Assembly (NCBI GenBank): GCA_964016885.1
Contig: OZ024742.1
Span: forward strand, 61,938,001 to 62,002,000
Direction: 5' to 3'
Source: Eledone cirrhosa
Taxonomy: Eukaryota
Length of the DNA stretch: 64,000 bases
The notes under the pieces are model-generated. The model was not told where the DNA came from. It saw nothing but the letters and a program-made list of their open reading frames with translations, and searched no databases. How positions within the stretch are numbered: the first letter of the stretch is position 1; each line of letters opens with the position of its first letter. Of this stretch, positions 13,331-24,397 are shown in pieces. A program made the position numbers and the translations under genes.

Positions 13331-14184
13331 ATCATCATTTTATGTCTGCTTTTCCCTGCTTGCAAGGGTAGGACAGGTCCTATTCAGCACAGCATCTCTC
13401 ATCTGAGGTCTGCTCTTACCACCCCCGCCCATGTTTTTCGTGGTCTTCCTCTACTGTGTCTTCCTTCTACTGGGATTTCTTGGCACTTCTTTATCCAGCG
13501 GCCATATATATATATCATCATTTAACGTCCACACTAGCATGGGTTAGACGATCATATATATATATATCAGTTAACGTTTTCTTTCCCTGCTAGCAAGGGT
13601 TGGACAGGTCTTCACAGATCAAGTCAATACTGAAACAGGTTTAAGGACATTCCAGACAGGCTGGGAGCCCATTTCCTCACTTATATACAATCCCACACTC
13701 TATTGAGTGCATTTTATCATAATATAAACAATAAGGACAAACCACAACAGAAACACAAACCCACCATCTCAATTTTACTTTTGAACTTTTCACATAAGAA
13801 CTGTGAAACCTGTAAAGTAAATAAATATTCTTAAAAGACTCCAGTTACATTTTCAATTTATTTTCCTTATGTTTTTACCCGTGTGGAACATTTAAAAAAA
13901 ACCTTACTTTTTATATATATGTGTATATATATATATATGAGTGTATACATATTTACTTATATAAGAAAAGTTATGAATATTTCTACAAATAAATTTGGAA
14001 ATTAGTAAACCCATCTTCCAAAAGATATACAAATTACCATTATAGTTATTTTTAATGATTTTGTTTTAATTTTAGCTATAAGCACATTAATATAATTCGA
14101 ACTAAATATGTCCGAAATCAAAACAAACATTAGTCTTTCATAAATGTTCTTTAAAACAATAAGAAACAATATATAGATGTTTAT

Positions 14185-14692
14185 ATATTGTTGACAAAGA
14201 AGGGTTTCTCCCTATAAACGAAAGGCCAGTTATATGATGCCTGTGTGAGATGCGTGATGCTGCATGGTAGTGAAACATGGGCAGCAAATGCGGAGGATAC
14301 ACGACAGCTGGAGAGAAATGAAGCAAGCATACTCCGTTGGATGTGCAATGTCAATGAGCGTGAATGACCAAGCATAGACGAGTTGAGAGAGAAACTGTGT
14401 ATAAGAGGGATAAGCTGTAGTGTGCGGGAGAGAAGACTGCGATGGTATGGACATGTGATGTGCATGGAGGATGACCGCTGGGTAAAGAAGTGCCAGGAAA
14501 TTTCAGTGAAAGGAAGACACAGTAGAGGAAGACCACGAAAATCATAGGCGGAGGTGGTGAGAGCTGACCTCAGATTACTGAAGCTCACGGAGAAGATGAT
14601 GAAAGACTGTGACAAATGGGGAGATGCTGTGCTGAATAGGACCCATCCCACCTTTGCAAGCAGGGAAAAGTGGACGTATTATGATGATGATG
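14185..14692 (+). mobile_element. RTE LINE family B 3' fragment, decayed
   Basis: Similar to 35300-35810; tail gcaagcagggaaaagtggacg-(ATG)n. Confidence 0.9.
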
Positions 14693-14793
14693 GGACACAC
14701 AGTAAGTAAAGGTTTTTAGATAAGGGATGTAAACAAACTGACACCCGTAAATAATGATATATTGAACTTGAAATAAAAGTATTCCATTTGAAA

Positions 14794-14965
14794 TACCACA
14801 TTTCCTGGCATCAAAGACGCTACTTTTTTCCTAAAATAAGTCTCAAGAATCTACCATGCATCCTGGAGGCAGAAGGTTGTTTATTATTTTTTTTCAAATT
14901 TTTGGTTGTGAAAGTTAGGGTGCAACCTCGAGGACAAAGCGTCTTAAACACCGGGAAATATGGTA
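14794..14965. mobile_element. Second copy of the same MITE, opposite orientation
   Basis: taccacatttcctggcatcaaagacgc ... gcgtcttaaacaccgggaaatatggta; internal similarity to 27646-27814. Confidence 0.7.
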
Positions 14966-15006
14966 GTTTTACTTTAGAACCTGATCAGAAAAATAATAGG
15001 TAACTA

Positions 15007-15340
15007 TCATCATCATCATCATCGTTTAACGTCCATCTTCCACGCTTGCATGGGTTTGGACGGGAGTTTTCCCACTTGAGGCAAGATTGGTTGTCCTGCT
15101 CGTATAGGACTGTCTGGCGGGTTTTCTACGGCTGGATGCCCTTCCTAACACCAACCACGTTTACAGTGTGGACTGGGAGGTTTTTACCGTGTTACCTACA
15201 CAGCCACATTACAGCGTGGACTGTGTTTTTTTGTCGTGACACCTACACAACCTCATTTGTTTCGGACTGATGTTGTGGTACCAACATAACTTCACATTGA
15301 AGGGGGGGGGGGGGGGGGGTAGTGGGACAGGGGTGTATTA
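15007..15340 (-). mobile_element. RTE family A 3' UTR fragment
   Basis: Reverse complement of the 5700-6318-type UTR with (GAT)n tail. Confidence 0.88.
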
Positions 15341-15912
15341 TAACTATATACATATATTTTTAAAATATGTGTGTGAAAATATTCTTAACTCGTTACATAT
15401 AATTTTCTTCTATACCTGCATAGGACATTTCACTAACGAAAAATCTTCTAAATATTTTCAAATCTTTCTATTATAAATAACTGAACGTACTGCCCTAAAT
15501 TTGTTGTAAAAAAATTTTAACAACCCCTGCTGTAACCAATTCTTATTTATTTATTAGTTATCAGTGTTTTTCTTGGAAAAACACTGATAAATTTATAATT
15601 TTGCATGTTTGAAAACCTTATACAAGCTTATGCTAATTTTGCACTTGGAATTTTAACTGCCTGCCCTAAATGCTCCTTGCGTTCAATCCTCTCTTTTTCT
15701 TAATATTTGTCTTATGATATTAATTTATTGTTATTTTATTATATATATTTCCTGAAGAGATACAGTTGGGATAAAGCACCCATAATGGAGTTAATTGTTA
15801 ACTGGTAATCTTCAGTTTCTCCACAGATGGATTCAATATTCTAGCAGCGTTGAATCGTTTGTAGAGATATATAAACAAATAATAATATTCTATACTTGAT
15901 TTCTTAAAATGT

Positions 15913-15978
<66 letters not shown>

Positions 15979-15979
15979 C

Positions 15980-16358
15980 TCTAATCGGGTAAAATTCCCG
16001 AGATCCATGGACGAGTTCTCTCCAGCGGTCTCTGTCCCTCATTATCGCTGCCATGTCCTGCGTCTCCAACAGACCAGTATCTGTCCTTAGGGCATCAACA
16101 TACGTTAACCTTGGTCTTCCTCTTCTAGTGTGTCCATGTAGGGGCTCCCAAAGAAGCACTGAGTCCAATGTCAACTCTGGATGTCGGTGAGCATGTCCAG
16201 CTAACCTCAGTCTCCTCCGTGTCACTTTTGAGCTGACTTTTGGGATGCTCCCATACAGCTCTGAGTTTTTCATCCTCAGTGTATACTGATTAATGTTCAG
16301 AGCCATCCTCAGCATTCTCGTGTAGCACCCATCCACCATCTGAGTGAGTTTCTTGGTA
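15980..16358 (-). mobile_element. RTE-clade LINE family D 3' fragment
   Basis: DGCYTRMLRMALNI...NSELYG...[13 protein letters not shown]...[13 protein letters not shown]; second copy at 35846-36243. Confidence 0.85.
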
Positions 16359-16370
16359 GATATATATATA

Positions 16371-17186
16371 TATAACTAGGGTAAGAACGGGATGGAAGAA
16401 GTTTAGGGAACTACTACCACTGCTAGCTGCAAAAGGCTTCTCCCTCAGAATGAAAGGCAGACTGTATGATGCGTGTATCCGAACAGCAATGTTGCATGGT
16501 AGTGAGACCTGGGCGCTGAAGGTGGAAAACTTACGTAGATTAGAGAGAAATGAAGCCTGCATGCTCCGATGGATGTGTAACAGTAATATACGTGAACGAC
16601 AAAGCATAAATGAATTGAGAGAGAGACTGAGCATAAGAGGAATCAAATGCTGTGTGCAGGAGAGGCGGTTGCGCTGGTATGGACATGTGATGTGTATGAA
16701 GGATGACAGCTGCATAAAAAGGTGCAGAGCACTAGAAGTTGATGGAAACCCAAGATGACCTGGGATGAGGTGATAAAAGCCGACCTTACCGAATTACACC
16801 TCTCAAAGGCAATGACACACGAGCGTGACTTCTGGCGTCACGCAGTAATACAGAGTACCCGACCTCCCATGGGTACAAGCTGAAGCATATAGACAATATG
16901 CCCCCACACCCTCCCACCGCAAGGTGGTCGTGGAGGTACCACGGCAAAAAAGCACCCAGCCCACACTGTAAAGTGGACGTGTAGGCGCCACGAAAAAGCA
17001 CCCAGCACTCACTGTAAATGAGGTTGGTGTTAGGAAGGGCATCCAGCTGTAGAAATCAAGCTAGATCAGTTCCTTTATGAGCAAGGCATGGTCAGCCGAC
17101 CAGACACTGCCCACAACAGGACAACCCGTCTAACCCATGCTAGCGTGGAAGAACGGACGTAAAACGGTGATGATGATGATGATGAT
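16371..17186 (+). mobile_element. RTE LINE family C 3' fragment
   Basis: Near-identical to 458-1288, with a small deletion near 16750. Confidence 0.92.
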
Positions 17187-17194
17187 ATATACAC

Positions 17195-17239
<45 letters not shown>

Positions 17240-17416
17240 GTGGAGTAAATGAGAATCTAAATAGTATCGAATTAATAAACAGGCTAACAAGACAGTTCTT
17301 TCAAACATACACAGAAAAAAACACACACAAAAAATATAAAATAATGTATACCTCTTGCAGTGTTGGATCTGTAAACATACAGCAGCTGCAGCAGCAGCTT
17401 GTCATGAAAGATGTTA

Positions 17417-17533
17417 TCAAGCATTGAAGACATATTTTCGTGTCGGTACACACTGCTTCTTTCTGATGCACTTCCACAACCAATCTGGCGTCACACAGGC
17501 AGCTGAAGGTGAAGCTGAGCTGACATCACTTTC
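17417..17533 (-). CDS. lig3: DNA ligase III terminal coding exon, BRCT domain part 3
   Basis: attgcag acceptor, ESDVSSASPSAACVTPDWLWKCIRKKQCVPTRKYVFNA-stop; contains the BRCT WxxxC helix. Confidence 0.93.
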   Translation of the reverse strand, partial: ESDVSSASPSAACVTPDWLWKCIRKKQCVPTRKYVFNA

Positions 17534-18297
17534 CTGCAATGAGATGAAGATGTGTTTTGTTTATTTTATTTTTCTTGTTCTTGTAGCAGTTGTCATATTT
17601 AGAATTATAGAAAAAATAAAAAAAAGAAACAGGGTAGCATGAATTCTATCATCATCATCGTTTAATGTCCATCTTCCACACTAGCATGGGTAGGACTAAA
17701 GAAGTTTCTATCAGCTGCTATGAGGAATTGAAACCCATATCTTCCAGATACTGTCTAGATGCTTTAATTATTAAGTTAAGGAGCCTTTGACAAAGCCAGC
17801 AATTTAAGAGAAAGGGAAGTTGATTAAATGTCACTGGTACTATATTTTTATCAATCCTGTAATCCACTGCCAGGGTATTCCTAATAAAAATATTGCTATA
17901 TTTTGGGACAAGACCAGCAATTTAAGGGGAAGTGAAAAGTCAATTAAGTTGACCCCAGTAATTGACTGCTACTTTATTTTATCGACCAACTGGAAGGATG
18001 AAAGGCAAGTTGACTTTGGTGAAATTTTAAAATATAGAATGTCAAGAGCCCAAACAAATACTACTAAGCATATGTCTAATGCTGTAATGCCTCTGCCAAT
18101 CCCCCATCCTAGTAGTAGTAATAGTAGTGGTGGTGATGGCGGTAGTAGTAGTAATGAGAATTTCTTTATGATAACAACAATTTCCTAATGCTGATGATGA
18201 GACTAATAACTAACCTTGCATTATGTCTATACATATTAAAACACACATTGACATATACATATATATGCACACACACATGCACAATGTGCATTATAAT

Positions 18298-18351
<54 letters not shown>

Positions 18352-18489
18352 TGGGTACAAATCAAAGTTGTAGCCACACAGTAAAGCAGATACCAATCAA
18401 ATTGTTTGAAGCAATCACAAAAGCACTTAATGGTGTGAATAGTTCATACATTTTCACTCAATATATATATATTTATATATATATATATA

Positions 18490-19134
18490 TAATTGAATAT
18501 ACAAGAGAGGTAAACACAAATATAAACATACATGTGTTCGAATTGTAAGGGACGAAGTTGAGCTATTTAATTGTAAGAAACTATTTTGAGTTTCTAACTC
18601 AATATATACCTCTGATATTGTCGGCTCCTTCTTGTCAAGCTAATTTTAATGTTGTGTAAACTCGGCTGCTGTTTTTAGCAGCGTATGTTTATGAGACACG
18701 CTAGGTTCTGATGCCATGTGCGTTATTTTATATTCGCACACTATTCAGTCTTCTGAAATATTTAGAAGTGGAGGGATTACTAATTTTTACACCCACTGAA
18801 GAGCAGAAAATTGATAATTTCCTTCACTAAATAAATTGCGAAACAGCTACCAAAGCTGTCTGGGTGTTCAGGCAGTTGCCCAATATAGGTTTGTTTTTCT
18901 TTTTCTTGATTTAATAATTTAAATTGAGTCTGGCAAACCATATTGTTATAGCTAGTATTTTTTTCACCCTAGTGAACTTTGTCCCTTACAATTCAAACAC
19001 ATGTATGTTTATATTTGTGTTTACCTCTCTTGTATATTCAATTATATTACACGGCTCAGAAAAACTTCTTTCTTTGAGCTATTTAATTGTAAGAGACTAT
19101 TTTGAGTTTCTAACTCAATATATACCTCTGATAT
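18490..19134 (+). mobile_element. Non-coding Penelope-like or retrozyme-like element (5' inversion, hammerhead, partial tandem repeat)
   Basis: 18490-18559 inverts 18975-19044; ~60 bp direct repeat at 18558-18618 and 19074-19134 (offset 516); hammerhead inside; TA runs on both sides. Confidence 0.75.
18789..18867 (+). ncRNA. Type I hammerhead ribozyme, canonical core
   Basis: Stem I acaccca/tgggtgt, CTGAAGA, stem II closed by gca/tgc, GAAA, stem III cagct-accaa-agctg, GTC cleavage triplet ending at 18860. Confidence 0.88.
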
Positions 19135-19245
19135 ATAAATATATATATATGTAAAAAATAAACAGAAATAACAACACAATCGGTACAGTATATGGAAGTA
19201 AGCCTTTTCAAGAGCGTAGTCAATATTATATATATATTGACTACG

Positions 19246-19301
19246 CTCTTGAAAAGGCTTACTGAACACACAAGCCGAAGCTACTTGGCGTCGTGGTCGA
19301 G
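19246..19301 (+). ncRNA. Variant hammerhead ribozyme motif (U3-A8 core), probably decayed
   Basis: ctc-TTGAAAA-ggctt/aagcc stem II-GAAG-ctac/gtgg stem III-TC-gag; A15.1 appears as G and stem I is only 3 bp. Confidence 0.55.
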
Positions 19302-20103
19302 ATTTTACACATATCCCCCCACACATACACACACAGAGTAGCATAGAATTGAAAGAGAAACTGAGGAGAAGAGGTCAAATTCAGTGTGCAGGAGAGGAAA
19401 TTGCGATGGTATGGATATGTGATGCATATGGAGATCTACAGCTGTATACTGACCTCTTTTATCCATTTCTAGAGGTACTTTACACAATTTGTCTACGCTA
19501 TTATTTATAGCAATCGACTGTGGTTACAGTTATATTGCGTGTTTGGGATACCTATATTTTCTATGCATATACTTTTAGTACATCTTTCCAAAAGTCTTCA
19601 TTAATTATTTAAAATACAAAGCATTTTATTAGAATTATGGTAAGAAAAGAGTTAACAGCTGATGCTGTTTATGTCCATAACATAACAGTTCAACAGAGAT
19701 CGATGGAATAGTAGATATCCCTTCAAAGCAGTACCCATCATGGCTGCAGTTCAATGACTGAAACCAGTAAAAGAGTTATTATTCAATACCTGTTTATTTT
19801 TCTATGCCTGCATGAGTTGGATGGAGCTCAGCATTTATCATGAGAATACAAGACTCTCACATGGATAGAACACCAGTCCATCACAAGACTAACCTTTCAA
19901 CTGCCTTTGTTGGTACTCATTTTCAACTGAAGAATAGGAGCAACATGAAATGAAGTGCCTTACTCAAGAACACAATGCATCACCTGGTCTGGGAATGGAC
20001 CCATGACTTTATAATCATGAGCCCAACATCCTAACTACTAGACCATGCACTTTCATGATGAATGAGTAAGAAAGTGGATATATGGATATTGAGATAAACT
20101 TAC

Positions 20104-20176
20104 ATTGATGTCTTTGACAATAACGACATGTGTGGCATTGGAGATGTCATGTTCCTGCAATACTTCTCCATCAAAA
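20104..20176 (-). CDS. lig3: DNA ligase III exon, BRCT domain part 2
   Basis: After TTCCTTAAC branch point and AC acceptor: (A)FDGEVLQEHDISNATHVVIVKDIN, then gtaagt donor; 73 nt; restores frame with the upstream exon (GC|T). Confidence 0.92.
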
Positions 20177-21401
20177 GTTCCATTAGTTAAGGAAAAGAAG
20201 AAGAGATATATAGAAACATTCCATTAAATAGAGAAAAAAACAGTATGAAATATTCATTTATGTAAAGGTGGTTGGTGTTAGGAAGGGCAACCAACGAGCT
20301 GTAAAAGAAAAACAGCCAAAATGCAGTCCAACTTCTTGACTTGCCTCATAGCATGGACAACCTGTCTAACCCATGCAAGCATAGAAAATAAGACATTAAA
20401 TGATGATGATGATGATGATGATGATAAACATGCTGAAAAGAAGGCCAGATAATCGAATCCATAGTTTGAACCAACATATCTCATAATTTCTAATTCAGCA
20501 GATTCTTCATTAAAGAACCTACTTTACAAAAAGATGAGATGAGTACATACATATTTCTATTGGATCAAGGCTGACCTGGGACTAAACAACAACATATATA
20601 AGATGGCTAGCCATAATAGGAAGGTTAGATTCAGCAATGTAGTCAAGGATATACAAAAAGACAAGATAGTCGTGACTGGAATACCTCAGATTAAGTCTGA
20701 CTAGAGGCTAAATAACAACACCAAATGACCAGCTTGAGAAACCATATGGAAGTTCACATTGAACAATGTAGACATGGAATGGAAAATGACAGGAAGGTCA
20801 TGACTGGAACACCTTTGATCATAAGTCTGCTGGATCGAGGCTGACCTGGGGCTAAACAACAAGTGACCAATATGATAAACCATACAAGGAAGTGAAAGTT
20901 TGTAGTCTAGTGGTTAGGAATTTGGACTCACAAACATAAAATCATGAGTTCAATTCCTGGACCAGGCAGTGTGTAAGTTCTTGAGCAAGAGACTTCATTT
21001 CACACTACTTTTCATGATAGGACTCGGGGAACATATCATTAAAACACCTGAGAAACTTATCAGATGTAACTTCATAGGAGGGCAGCTAAAGCTAAATAGG
21101 AGTGAGCTGTAACAGCTACATTTGATCATGGGTTTACTACATCAGGGCTAACCAAAGACTAAACAAAAGCAATAACAAATATACAAGATAAGATAACACC
21201 CGGTCTATACTGTAACATGGTCGGTGTTAGGAAAGGCAATCAACCATAGAAACCAAGCCAAAAACGGATCCGTATGAGCAAAGCATGGCCACCTGACATG
21301 ATTTGACTCATAATAAGACAACCTGTTTAACCCAGGGAAGCATAGAAAATAAAAGTTAATGATGATGATGATGATGATAATGATATGCCATGAAAGGATA
21401 T
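20177..21401 (-). other. U12-type (minor spliceosome) AT-AC intron of lig3, 1225 nt
   Basis: 5' end ATATCCTTT; branch point TTCCTTAAC at 20194-20186; 3' end AC; splicing joins RYIIA/FDGE in frame. Confidence 0.92.
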
Positions 21402-21493
21402 GCAATGATGTATCGCTTCAATTTCTTGTAGGAATCCATAGTTTCAGGGAGATAAACCTTCACATTGTGGAAAACACTGTGCAGTGGATCAGA
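21402..21493 (-). CDS. lig3: DNA ligase III exon, BRCT domain part 1
   Basis: ctttcag acceptor, SDPLHSVFHNVKVYLPETMDSYKKLKRYII(A), then U12 donor ATATCCTTT; 92 nt, phase 0 to 2. Confidence 0.92.
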
Positions 21494-22782
21494 CTGAAAG
21501 AGAAAGAAGAGAGAAAATTTATATTATAATGATTGTATTTAATTTTCAAGTTCGTCTGCCACACACAAATGCTAGGATTGATGAAAACTTTGTAATTGTG
21601 TTCATAGATCACAAAAGTAAGACGAAAAAGGTGGAATTGGTAAATGTTCTGTGTGTTTTAAAATGTTTTCATTCATACCAGAAGTCAGCATTCTCTGCTA
21701 ATAGCATTATATATATATATATGCTGTTATTAAGGATAATACTCAGAAGGGGAGTGAGAAAAAAACACAGTTAAATAAGGTACTTAATAAAGAATAAGGA
21801 TATTTATTTTATATATAGAAATGACTTCTACAAGAACAACTGGTTCATTTGTATGAAATAATGAGGATTTCATATGAATTTATGTAGTTTTATACATTTT
21901 AATGTTTCCGAAGATCAAAATGTATTGATGTTTAACATTTGGAAATATATTTTCATTTTTTGTTTTCACCTTTGAACCTTTCCTTTCGTGCTTTTGAAAT
22001 GCTGCTTGTATATAGATTTAATTTCCATATACTCAATGATAAAATGATTTTTTTAAACCTTCACTATCTATAGTTATTTTCCACATTTGAAGAAACAGCA
22101 TCATCATCAATTTTACGTCCATTTTTCCATGCTTGCAAGGGTTGGAAGGGTCCTTTGCAGCACAGCATCTTTCCACTCGTGTTCCTTTGTCATCTCAATT
22201 TGAGATCAGCTCTCACCACCTTCAACCAAGTCTTCTTTGGTCCAACTCTAATGCAGCTTCCTTCCACTGGAATTTCCTGGCACTTCTTCACTCAGCAATC
22301 ATCATCCATGCACATCACAAACAAATACATTTTTACTAAATATTTAATTGCGGATAGGCAGTATCGATAGAGTGTCGGATACCATGCTTTGCAACATAGA
22401 GTTACAACCCATAACGTTCTGAGTTCAAATCCTGCCGAGGTTAGCTTTGCTTTTCATTCTTACAGGGTCAATAAAATAAAGCACCGGTAATGCACTGGGG
22501 TCAATTTAATCAGTTTTCCCTTCCCTTTCAAATTGCTGGCCTTGTGCTTAAAGTAGAAACAATTATTATTTATAATTCATGCTTTATAATTTTACATTTG
22601 TACAATTTGGGGATTTTTTACCCAATAGATTAAACCTTGGATGAATGTGTTCTTTATATTTGCAGATTTAAATCTCCTTGACAAATCTTTAGCAGGTTTG
22701 CTACAGCTGGATGCCTGTCCTAACACCAACCACATTTACAGTGTGGACTGGGAACTTTTTACCGTGTTACCTACACGGCCTG

Positions 22783-22841
<59 letters not shown>

Positions 22842-22962
22842 GGAGGTGAGTTTTATTGTAACACAATAAAGCAATGCAAATATCGGATAAGTAGCACTCT
22901 ACAGTTTGTAGGACTGGAGTATAAATAATATAAGATCAAAAGATGGTTAAAAGAGTTCCAAG

Positions 22963-23033
22963 TATTTTATTATGCGCATTTCAAAAACAAATATCATCAT
23001 GAGATGATATCTGCGTTTTCATCAGATAAAATA
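22963..23033 (-). ncRNA. Type I hammerhead ribozyme motif (minimal), left arm of palindrome; sense to the lig3 pre-mRNA
   Basis: Reverse complement of 23168-23238, with one difference in the stem II loop. Confidence 0.8.
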
Positions 23034-23167
23034 GGGATACATGATATGAAGGTTAAAAAACACTTGTGAATAGTGAAGTTTTAAATCAACATATTTTTAA
23101 ATCAACATATGTTGATTTAAAACTTCACTATTCACAAGTGTTTTTTAAGCTTCATATCATGTATCCC

Positions 23168-23238
23168 TATTTTATCTGATGAAAACGCAGATATCATCCC
23201 ATGATGATATTTGTTTTTGAAATGCGCATAATAAAATA
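23168..23238 (+). ncRNA. Type I hammerhead ribozyme motif (minimal, palindromic stem III)
   Basis: Stem I tattttat/ataaaata (8 bp), CTGATGA, 16-position stem II with one mismatch, GAAA, tgcgca palindrome, ATA triplet ending at 23230. Confidence 0.82.
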
Positions 23239-23308
23239 CTTGGAACTCTTTTAACCATCTTTTGATCTTATATTATATATATATGTGTGTGTGCGTGTGA
23301 ATATATAT

Positions 23309-23868
23309 TTTACGTCCGCTTTTCCCTGCTTGCAAGGGTGGGACGGGTCATATTCAACACAGCATCTCTCCACTTGTCACGGTCCTTCGTCATCTCCTCC
23401 GAGCTTCAGCGATCTGAGGTCTGCTCTCACCACCTCCACCCATGTTTTTCGTGGTCTTCCCGTTACTGGTATTTCTTGGCCCTTCTTTACCCAGCGGTCA
23501 TCCTCCATGCGCATCACATGTCCATACCATCTCAGTCTTCTCTCCCGCACACCACAACTTATCCCTCTTATACACATGCTTAGTCGTTCACGCACATTGA
23601 CATTGCACATCCAACGGAGCATGCTTGCTTCATTTCTCTCCAGCCGTCGCATATCCTCTGTAGTTGCTGCCCATGTCTCACTACCATGCAGCATCGCACA
23701 TCTCACACAGGCATCATATAACCATCCTTTTGTACGCAGGGAAAAACCATTCTTTGTCAACAGAGGAAGCATCTCTATAAACTTCTTCCAACTTGTCCTT
23801 ATTCTAGATACACCTCCTCCCATGCTAATCTGATCACCTAGGTACCGGAAGCTATCAACCATTTCTAT
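23309..23868 (-). mobile_element. RTE LINE family B 3' fragment with internal deletions
   Basis: [14 protein letters not shown]...[20 protein letters not shown]; B-type tail. Confidence 0.9.
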
Positions 23869-23875
23869 ATATATA

Positions 23876-24196
23876 TCATCATCATCATCATTTTACGTCC
23901 GCTTTTCCCTGCTTGCAAGGGTGGGACGGGAACTGATTCTGGCTTGATTTCTACAGTTAGGATGCCTTCCTAACACCAACCTGGGTGCTCTTTTGCAGTG
24001 GCACCTCCACGACCACTTTGCAGTGGAATGATATGGACCCCAGTCCCTATCATCTCATTTCTACTGCTGAGTAAACTGGAGCAATGTGAAATAAAGTGTC
24101 TTGCTCAAGGAAACAACACATCACCCGGTCTGAGAATTGAACTCACAACCTTTCGATTGCAAGGCCAATGCTCTAACCACTAAGCCATGTGCTTCC
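23876..24196 (-). mobile_element. Same chimeric SINE, small internal deletion
   Basis: Near-identical to 12521-12852. Confidence 0.85.
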
Positions 24197-24278
<82 letters not shown>

Positions 24279-24397
24279 ATATGTATGTATATGTATATAT
24301 ATGTATATATATGTATATGTATATATATGTATATATATGTATATATATGTATATATATGTATATGTATATGTATGTATGTATATATATATATATATA

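Larger units (their letters stand above)
22925..23276. repeat. ~350 bp near-perfect palindrome carrying two divergent hammerheads
   Basis: Arms match almost base for base; spacerless apex caacatatgttg; a 16 bp tandem duplication (ttttaaatcaacatat) in the left arm. Confidence 0.92.

Noticed and set aside
15743-15872. Hammerhead-like fold starting CTGAAGA with flanking tatatttc/gagatata pairing
   Set aside because: No GAAA at the stem II/III junction, and CTGAAGA can pair with a downstream TCTTCAG; at best a dead relic.
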